Notes under the pieces: model-generated | What the model saw: the letters and a program-made list of their open reading frames with translations, nothing else | Told to the model about the DNA's origin: nothing | The model's database searches: none | Assembly: GCF_009914755.1 (NCBI RefSeq) | Contig: NC_060925.1 | Source of the DNA: the human T2T-CHM13v2.0 reference genome, Homo sapiens | DNA: 64,000 nucleotides | Direction: 5' to 3' (one strand) | Shown here: in pieces, positions 54,312 through 64,000 of the stretch | Position numbering within the stretch: position 1 is the first letter of the stretch | Layout: the number at the start of each line of letters is the position of its first letter | Made by a program: the position numbers and the translations under genes

Positions 54312-54679
54312 GCCTCACCTTCTATAAATAACTCTCTGGTGTCCTGTCCCATTTCAACTAGTTCCTTACTGGAGCACAGGTTATGATACAGAAAATAAGA
54401 AAGAAGACCTTGAAAGAAAGAAAACTGGGAATCAAATCAATGTAGACAATATAAAAGCATATTTACCTTGGCCTGGGGGAGGGCGGATTGGAGGAGGGAG
54501 CTGGCAAAGGACAAGGGTCCTGAAAGCCACCGATGTTAGGCATGATAGAAGGAATATTGAATTATTTCCCCTGCCTCCAACTTATATTTAGTTAGCCTGT
54601 ACTTAAACAAATAGGATGGAGAAACTGGCTTTAAATGCCTCCTTATCATAGCCAACAAAATGCTACTACTTCCTGATTG

Positions 54680-55550
54680 ACCGCCTCCTTCATTATCCTC
54701 TGACTTTGTCTCCTCTCTCTAGCCCCCTCAATAACTCTGCTCTGGGTACACTGATCTGTTTTCTGTTGCTCAGGTATACCAAATATGCTATTTTCTCAAG
54801 GCCTTTGCATTTGCTTTTTTATTTCCTCCAGGTCTGTGTTCAAATACTGCCTTCTCAAGGAAGTCTTCCCTGACCACACCATCTAAATTAACACCCGCTT
54901 ACTCTCCAGCTTACTTTACTCAACAGTGGATATCTGTCATGTATGATTTTCCCAAATATTTTGCATACCCCCTTCTCATTTTAGTAGTTTCCCATATTGC
55001 GAATCCAATGTAAACTCCAATTTTTTGAATGCAGAATTTAAAAAAAATCTGGAATTTCCAGCCCCCCTCACCAGAGGAGTGCGGATACCACTGATCAGAT
55101 GGAAGGCTTTGATTTGGAAGGCAGCTGTGTGACAAGCAGGCTGAACATGGGCACTCCTTTTGCTAATGTAAGTGTCAGCAGGAGCCCCAAGCTTCCGTGC
55201 TGGCTGGAGCAAAAGCAGCCTTTGCCTGTGTCAAAGGCAGTGTGGTGTAAAGGTCAGTGGTGGCAGCAGCAGCTGCAGCTTCCTTTCAGATCAGTTTTAT
55301 AGTATAGTTCTGGAGGTTTTCTGTGAGTTCTCCATCAGCTCTTGGATCCCTTCCTGCTGAGACAACTACTGGATACAGCCATCTGCATGTAGGACTCTGA
55401 GTGGTACAACATGCATTCATGCATTTATGTTTTTCTCATGGCATTCCACATATTATTTATTTGATTGTTTGCTTATTATCTACTAGAATGTGTCCCTAGT
55501 ACCTAGAACAGTACCCAGTTCATAGCAGGTGCTCAGTAAATACTTGATGA
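54680..55550 (+). mobile_element. L2 3' end split by an old ERVL-type LTR fragment (~54935-55420)
   Basis: L2 motifs ggcctttgcatttgct / aagtcttccctgaccacaccatctaaa and cctagaacagtacccagttcatagcaggtgctcagtaaatac flank a TG..CA-bounded segment. Confidence 0.5.
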
Positions 55551-57393
55551 CTAGAAAAATGTGCTAAACATGACAGGATTTCTTTTGTCCTCTAGATATT
55601 TTAGCTATTGGTATTAGTAATATATCTTAGCAATATATCCAGTAGATATCCTAGTAGGTATCTGCCAATATATCTATATCCTAACAATATATCCAGTAGA
55701 TATCCTAGTAGATATCCATGAGCAATCTAGAGAATGAAATATAGACAGAGAGTGCAAAATTAGAATGGATAATGATTGTGGAGTCACCAAACAAGTTCTG
55801 GACCAACTATCTCCTCTCTATCCTATCTTGCTTAAGCCAGAATTCCTTTGGGTTCCCTTTTATTTATAATAAAACTGATTCTGATATATGTATCCTTGGG
55901 TGAGTGATTCCAAATTTCTTTTGTTTACTCTTTTCTTGGGAAATTTTCTGTTCTACCGTGCAGTAACTCACTGCCGGAGCTTAAACTAGAAGCCATTGGC
56001 CTTCAATCCCAGCGTGGGTCCGCTTCTACTTCATCACATAGATTCTGTGGATGCCAAGGAAAGAAGTTCTTTTCTAGCCAGAGTAGAAAAGCCAGGAATT
56101 GTTGAAATTTTATTTCAGTTCTTTAGATATTAGGGACTTTGTATTATAACAAACTTAAGAGTCTCACGAATGCTTCATTAACTTTGGTTTTTAGTTAAAT
56201 GAACCTTTCTCAGCAGGAGAGACATTACTTGTTTTATTTTCATTTGCCAGTTCTGTCCACTGAGCTCAACCTATTATTCTTTACTCCACAGTTTGCTGAG
56301 ATTTTCTGATATCCCTTATACTAAAACCTATCTCTTAGAGTCCTTTCCAGACTCTAGAAAACTCCCTATGATGACACTAGTGTATTGTCAGAACATTTAT
56401 TTTTTACATGCCAGATACCTCGCAGTTATTATTTCTAACTCTTGCAACCATCTGGAACAGTAGCACTATTATCATCTCCATTTTTAGAAGAGGAAATCAA
56501 GCCCTGGAGCCTTATTTGGAGTTACACAGTTCAAAAGTGGCTGAACTTGGATCCAAACCAGGCTCAAAATGACCCCGGAGCCAGTGTTCTTTCCACTTCT
56601 CTAGTTCTTTACCCTTCACTGAAATCTTGTTGGATACCGTTACAGTAGAAAGAATAAATATGGAATGAAAATTACAATGTAATTGCCAAATTGGCTGACT
56701 CCAGCATATACAGTCTTGGGAATGCATCTGTCTATAACATTTTTTCTTAACAGAATTTTTTGAAAACAGATTGGCAAATCCTCGCTAGCTAGCATGGGCC
56801 ATCAGCCAGGATGTGGGAGTCACTTCATAAAATGAAATCTTATGTTAAAATAGTGTTTATTGAAATATGTTTTTCCCAGAGGGTTATGTTTTTAGTGAAG
56901 ACACTCAATGGTAAATATTTAGACCTTACTCTCCTCTCTATTCTCCTTCTCCTCAGGTCCTTTCAGTTGGGCAATAGCATCACGGGAAGCCACAGGGGTG
57001 CAAAGTCTAGTGAAGCTAAGAGGGGCACAACTGGGGAGGATGGAGGGGAAAGAGGAACATTCACATGTTTTCAATTAGCAAAATACTTTTTTTTCATTGA
57101 ATTAATATTTTATTTAACCCTCACATACCAAAATAAGCTAGGTTTCAAAAATCATGTTTTATAAAGGAGGAAGCTGATAGGCAGAGAGGTTAAGATCATA
57201 AAGTGATGGATGCAGTGAGTGATCAAGTTAGAATCTGAATTCAGAGTTGTCTCATCACAGAACTGATGCCCTTTGGTAGTATATCATGTTTCCTTTCATG
57301 AGCAGTAATGTTAATAGTATCAGATGTTTTTATCCTGCTTTGTGTTTTGCATATATTCTCTCATTTATTTTCATAATAATCCCATCAGGTGCT

Positions 57394-57798
57394 TGTGACA
57401 GTAAATTTTGTGTGTCAATTTGGCTAGGCTATGGTACACAGATATTTAGTCAAACATTATTCTAGATGTTTCCATGAAAGTATTTTTAGATGAGATTAAT
57501 ATTTAAATTGGTAGATTTTGAGTAAAGCAGATTACCCTCCATAATGTGAATGGGCCTCATCCAATCAGATGAAGGCCTTAAGAGAAAAAGATCGACTCCC
57601 ACTAATAAGAAGGAATTCTGCCAGCTGTTTGCCTGTGGACCCACACTGAAACTCTTCCCCGACTCTCCAGCCTGCCGGCCTACCCTGCAGATTTTAGACT
57701 TGTCAAGCTTCTAAAATTGCAGGAGATAATTCCTTAAAATAAATCTCTCTCTGTATATCCATCCTATTGGTTCTCTTTCTCTGGTGAACTCTAATACA
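57394..57798 (+). mobile_element. ERVL LTR (MLT2C/D-like) nested in a MIR
   Basis: tgtgacagtaaattttgtgtgtcaatttggctaggctatggta...cctattggttctctttctctggtgaactctaataca; MIR halves on both sides. Confidence 0.85.
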
Positions 57799-57964
57799 AC
57801 AGTTATTGTCATCACCCCTTTTATGGATTAATAGACAGGTTCAGAGAGGTTTAATACTTGCCTTCGAAACTGCTGAACTATCCAAGGTGACACAGCTAAT
57901 GACTGGAGGACCTGATACTCAAAATCAGTTTACTTGTCTTCAAGTCTTTCTTTTTCTGCCTTGT

Positions 57965-58411
57965 TAGAAATTATTCTTTACCTCCTGCAGTTCTAGAGCT
58001 CAGAAGTCTGAAATCAGTTTCACTGGGCTAAAGTCAAAGTGTCAGCAGGGCTTTTTAAGGCTCTGAGGGGGAGGATTTGTTTCCTTGCCCTTCTCAGCTT
58101 CTTGTGGCTGCCTGTGTCCCTCTGCTTGTGACTTCTGTCTCCATCTTCAAAGCGTACCGTTCCGATCTTTGCTTCCCGTAGCACCTGGCCTGTCTTCTGT
58201 AGTCAGAAAGTCATCTCCTTCTGCGCCCCTCTTATAAGGACTTTTGTGATTACATTTAAGGCTCACCTGGATAATCTGGGCTGCTCTCCCCAACTCAAGA
58301 TCCTTAAATTAATCACATCTGCAAAATCTCATTTGCTCTATAAGGCAACATTCACAGGTTCCAGGGATTACAATGTGGGTCTCTATAGGAGCCATTATTC
58401 AGCCTACTACA
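57965..58411 (-). mobile_element. MaLR LTR (MLT1D-like)
   Basis: cagaagtctgaaatcagtttcactgggctaaagtcaaagtgtcagcaggg...gccattattcagcctactaca. Confidence 0.8.
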
Positions 58412-59409
58412 CTTAGCTTTGTCTTTTTTATTTTAAAATCATACATAATTTAATTTGATTACACAAATATGCTTACTTCTTTATCTTCTCGTTTACTTTA
58501 CTAATTCTGTTATGAAGTAGATTCAAATGAGAGCTTTGAAAAGAAATGATTTAAAATACTGGAACAAAGACTAGAATTATTGAATTAAAATAAACACATT
58601 ATATCCGCTTTAAAAAAGCTATGACTCAGAATCCATAGATATCCTCAAAGCGATTTACATGAACTCTTCTCCCTTAGAGAAAATTTATCAAATCTATTAA
58701 TCGATTACCAAGGTGACTGATTTGAGTAGCATATTTATGTACTTCTTTTCTGTTTAGGAGAATGACCAAAATGTAGGGCTCAGGTAGAAGAGGAAGCAGA
58801 GGTGAATTTTAATCTTCAGATTGTGTAATCAGTTCCCAGATGACTGAGAGCTGGCTTGTAAGTTCGATATATCTATGTAGAAAACTCACTTTGCTCCAGT
58901 GGGTTCTTATTTCCTTGTCCCAAAGAAACCCCCAGGGCCTCATTTGGTTAGATTTCATGCTACTAAAGCAAGTTTTCTAGTGTCAGCAGCTTATTTCCTC
59001 GCCTTCAGCAGCCTCCTGTGACATTGAGATTCATGCCTCAGCCCACCTGATCTGTGTAGTGACAAGAGAGCTTAAGCTCTGTGGTCAGACAGACCCACAT
59101 TTGAATCCCAAATCCACTACTTAGTATGTGGTGCCCTTGAACTTAGTGCAAAGCTTTAATTCTCCATCAGCAGAGTGAGGCTAATATCTTTCACACATAG
59201 AGGTTGACTGGATTAAATGCAAACAGAGTGTTTATACTGATATCGCCTATCCCTCTTTGCATCCCCTTGGCAGCCATTCACCTTTGATTTACTACTACAC
59301 CCACTACAGGGACAGGCAGAATGAAAAGATCCAGACTTCCCGTGTTAGAAGCAGACCTGACAGTGCTTCTAACTGTGCCTTTGCAGAGACAATCCTAGTA
59401 ATACTAAAA

Positions 59410-60490
59410 GGTGAGTGTGAGGGCCTCCCCTCTTCTTCCCTAACAGAGCCCCAATTGTGTCCTGATGGCAGGCAGCTCTGTGCACCTTGCAGAGGGTGCT
59501 GCCTGACTAGTCTAAGCCAGTCATAATCATTACAGTCCTCTTTGCTGGTGACTAGCTCTGGGCTGACTCTGATTTTTTTCTGGTAGATGAGACATAAGAA
59601 AATAGAAGTTTTCTGAGGAAATTCAGGGAATGATTTCCTTCCAGGATTTTTAAAATTGGCTTCAATTCACTCCCTTGGCAAGAGAGTGAGGAATTCCCTC
59701 TCTAGGGATATAAAGACAGCTGGGCAGGTGAGATTTGCAGCAGTTTATTGGCCACATATACTCATAGCTCTAGGGGAGGAGGAGGGGAGTGGAGGGGAGC
59801 CCATGCCACACATGGCCACATGGGAAGGTGTTGCATTTGGGACCACGGCGAACAGCTAGGGGTAGTAGGGGGCAGGCTTTGTCATATCAACAGGATGTGG
59901 TTCTCCCCTGGTTCCTGAGGGGGTATGTGACGGGCTTGTTTGAATAATCCTGTGGGCTGTCAGGGAACTGAAACCTGATACTCAAGCGTGAATAGGAGCT
60001 GTGTCTGGTCACCTTGATAAGGAGGGTCTTTTCGCTAGGGGACCTTATCTGTGGGAGCAGAGTGGGGAGGAAGAATTTTAGTTGGGCCATAGGAGGCTCT
60101 AACATTTTCATGAGATGTCAAACCAATACATAATATTTGGCCTTTATTTTAGTCCTTACACCTTCCATTATACTGAGAGTCGAGGAAAGGGGGAAGGTGG
60201 AGAGAGAGAGAAAACGGACTTTTCTTTTCTCTTTGGCTATCATCTTGTGTGAACATGATGATTATAGTTAGAAGCATAACATCAATTTTGCAACTATGAA
60301 GAGACACTTTGCAAGCATTCCAAAGAGAGTAGAGAAAAAAGAAAGAACAAGCCTAGGTCCCCGATTGTTCTTTGAAGGGCTGGATTTCCCTAAAACTTTC
60401 TACTACCAGACTTGGTTTATATGACTTACTAAACTCCTATTGTTGAACTACTTTTAGTCTGTTATTCTTCCAGTTGTAGCTGAAGCATCC
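59410..60490. mobile_element. Old MaLR LTR interrupted by a second LTR-like element (~59660-60160)
   Basis: MLT1-like start (ctagtctaagccagtcataatcat) and end (cttttagtctgttattcttccagttgtagctgaagcatcctga); the inner segment is GC-richer and LTR-like. Confidence 0.45.
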
Positions 60491-61104
60491 TGATGGGGAA
60501 GGCTAGATGTTCTTACTATTGGTAAGGGAACAGCTTTCCTGTAATTTTATATGTGTAATGTCTTTCCTGTGGCTAATATGGTTATTCATATTACATTAAG
60601 TTATGGTTATGCTATAAGAGTGGTTGGTGTAACCGTTTTGAGCGAGAGTGAAGTACTGGGATAATCAGAGAGAAAACTCCAATGAGAGGCTGTTGAGTCC
60701 CTTGGCCTGCTTTCCTGCCTTACAAAGAGAATATTACTTTTATATTACTCTTAAGCATAATTTTAACAAAATTTAAGCCAATGCTAATTCGTCAATCCCT
60801 AAAGTATAAGTTTATAATTTAAATTCATATACTTTATATTATAGCCACAGGTTACCCAATCCCTCAGGTTGCCTTGTGACCTGCAGGAAGATGGAGCTAC
60901 CATGTATCATTTAAAAAAAATCCATTTTGCCATCTATGGAAAATCTACAATTAACATGAAGTATCTGCCTTAGAAACATGACAAGATAAGCCAAAATAAA
61001 ATAAGGACCATGTTATAGAATAATGGAGAATATTCAAGATATCATGTTCTGATTTCTATCTTCTTTGCCTCTATATACTTAACAAAAATCAACAACAAAA
61101 AGAA

Positions 61105-61265
61105 AAAGGAGGATCAGGAAAAAATAACTAATGAATACTAGGCTTAATACCTAGATGATGAAATAATCTGTACAATAAACCCCCTTGACACACATTACTT
61201 ATGTAACAAACCTGAACATCCTGGACATGTACCCCTGAACCTAAATTAAAAGGTAAAAAAAGACA
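61105..61265 (+). mobile_element. L1PA13-16-type 3' end
   Basis: gatcaggaaaaaataactaatgaatactaggcttaatacctagatgatgaaataatctgtacaataaacccc. Confidence 0.8.
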
Positions 61266-62832
61266 AAGGAAATGATATTGCACTTTTCTTTTGGAGAAAA
61301 GTTGAATAATTTTGTTAAAATGATATTACGAAGTGATTTTATTTGCTTAAACCTTGCCTCAAATTATTTCTGAGCTTTTAAATGTTCCATGATGTTGTTT
61401 TGAAATTTGCCTATATATATAAAAACTTCTGTAATAAAATATTTAAAATTATTCCAATATATTCTCAATAAACCTCAAGGAAACTAACAAGACAACAGTG
61501 TTAGGTATTGGCATGCAATTTTCAAAATAATCCCAATATAATACTTTTTCTAGTAAAGCAATAAAAGTTACTGGGTTTTGGGGATTGAAAAAACTCTCAT
61601 GAATTTATATTTAATAAAAATTTTATACTTTTTTGATAAAAAATAAAATGATTGTAAAATGATAAAACCGTTCAATTTTTGATGCTAGAACTCTGGTAGG
61701 CCAAGAAAGAACAGCTTTTCCTAATTCTATTGACTCTTTACCTTCTCAAAGGCTCAAGAAGACCAGACGTCCACAGCCTCCGAGGGCCACTCACCACATT
61801 AGATATCTGCACAAAGCCAGAAGTTATCCCCACGCTACCTGTGACCAAGTCTTACACGTGGCTCTCAGCCCCCTTGGCTGCTCTTCTTCACTTGGCATCT
61901 GAATAGCAGTGGCCAATGAATGAAGGGTCTTGTATACCATGCTAAGGACCTCTCAGTTCTGCATGTAATCGGGAATCCATTAAGGATTTTTAAGCTGGAC
62001 GGTGGTGCTTCCAATAGCTTTATGGCAGTGCTTCCAATAGCTTTACGGCGGGACCACCGTAGTGAAGAGTATGTTAGAGGGGATGGAAGAGCGGAGCTAC
62101 TGGGGAGGTAGTTACCATGATCAAGAGAAACAGAATAAACACCTGGGCTCCATCAGCGTCACCACAGATGCAAAGATATGCAGGCAGGCAAAATTGAAAG
62201 ACCCCAAGTAGATACACTGAGGAGGAAGAGGGAAACAGGACAGTGACAGGGCTAAGGGAAGCTAGTTAGAATTGTGCTTACTGTTAAATGAAATGAACTC
62301 TAATGTCTGAGATTCTCCGTAATTAGAAAACAACGACCCAGAGCCTGGACCAAAGGCTTGCAGCATTGATTCTGGCTTCCCTGAAGAGATTATACTCTAT
62401 GGTTCCTTTGCTGTTGTTGCTGTTTTTATTACATTTTTTGTTTTTTGTTTTTAACTGTGTTTCAGATAGTTATGGTGTCGAGATAAGTGACCTCTTGATT
62501 ATGTATTACAGTGACGTATGTATGTTGAATAAAAAGTGAGATATGTTACTTTCTATTGTAAACTCACAAAGGTCATGGATCAGGATGAGTTTTCTAGAGC
62601 TCATTTTAGGTACTCAACAAACCATAAAAACGATCACATTTTCCCATAGAAGACTTTGTTAGAGGATAAAATACCACCATAATCTAAAGGATTTTCTCTT
62701 CCAGGAAAAGCATCTAAATAAAATTAGAAAGATACAAAGGAAAGCATATTATATTATAATATCAGTTATAGCCTGAAAAATGAAAATATGATAATGGATA
62801 CAATTCATTTATTTTTCAACAATTACTTATGA

Positions 62833-63156
<324 letters not shown>

Positions 63157-63659
63157 TAAATATATTTTATAAGCAAAGCACAACATTAATTAAAATGATA
63201 ATTACCTTGATTTGCTAAAAAAAGACATTGTTATCTGAGAGGAGGAAAAAATTATTGAGGGAGGGATAAACTGTTTTATTAATAAGTCAAAAAGTATATG
63301 CAATCCAAATGTTGATTTCTGAAATAAAACAGACTAAATTTTAAAAACAAGAATTTCTATACATCAGCAATTCCAGTCATTGTTTACAACATAACATAGT
63401 GTCTTCACTTTCCAAATGAGATATTTGGGAAAATCTTAAAAAATATAAACAGTAAATTTATTTAAAGTAACAATTATGCCAGAGGACATTTGGAGGCAAA
63501 GGGATGCTGCTGGGAAATCAGACACTGACCATATTTTGAAATTCTAGAAAAACTAGGAATTCACCTGGGCACAAATTGAAGGTGAGGCTTTACTAGTGCA
63601 GAAATAATTGATTATACTTATCATCTGGGACACACTTTGCAAGAGTTATACTTTGGGGT

Positions 63660-63880
63660 AATTGGAAGTAGACACAAAGAATTAGGTAAACATTCCTGCA
63701 TTGCCATCTTTTTTTTAGCTGTGTCACCTTTGGCAAGTTATTTAATTTCTCTATGCCTCAGTTTCTCCACTTGTAAAATGGGCTGTAATTCATACTTACT
63801 TTCCAAGATCATGACTAACATTAGAAAGTGTGTTAAAAGCCCCCAGTGTGTGTGAACTCTTGCTCAATAGTAGCTCTTCT
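63660..63880 (+). mobile_element. MIR SINE
   Basis: gctgtgtcacctttggcaagttatttaatttctctatgcctcagtttctccacttgtaaaatggg. Confidence 0.8.
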
Positions 63881-64000
63881 AATTAAGTTGCAATTACTGT
63901 TTTAAGACCAGGTGCAATAATTAGAAAAATCATTTCGGTAATCCTCTCATAGTCTTTTGTTTTTACATGAATCATGAACACCGAAACTTTCCTAAGGATT

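Overview
Primate (human-like) gene-poor, repeat-dense intergenic DNA with no intact protein-coding gene or CpG island. Recognisable non-TE content: (1) an intronless, disabled and 3'-truncated caspase-3 processed pseudogene on the minus strand (44661-45377); from memory the human CASP3P1 locus is on 1p31, which was not verified here; (2) a ~2.4 kb poly(A)-tailed minus-strand insert (48732-~51150) that looks like a retrocopy of an unidentified transcript, part of which recurs nearby as a diverged ~450 bp direct repeat, with both copies keeping the same 57-codon ORF; (3) a 35-nt 5' U2 snRNA pseudogene. TE content: an internally deleted HERV-S/HERVL18 provirus (two LTR18-type LTRs, 5-bp TSD, tRNA-Ser PBS), an MLT2A LTR inflated by a 34-bp VNTR that has captured an exact 38-bp copy of sequence 3 kb upstream, many MaLR LTRs, L1/L2/MIR fragments, seven Alus and DNA-transposon MERs. 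TE subfamily names come from recalled consensus sequences, not RepeatMasker. No multi-gene novel system is evident. The best candidate for something undescribed is the 48.7-52.1 kb retrocopy/duplicated small-ORF locus.
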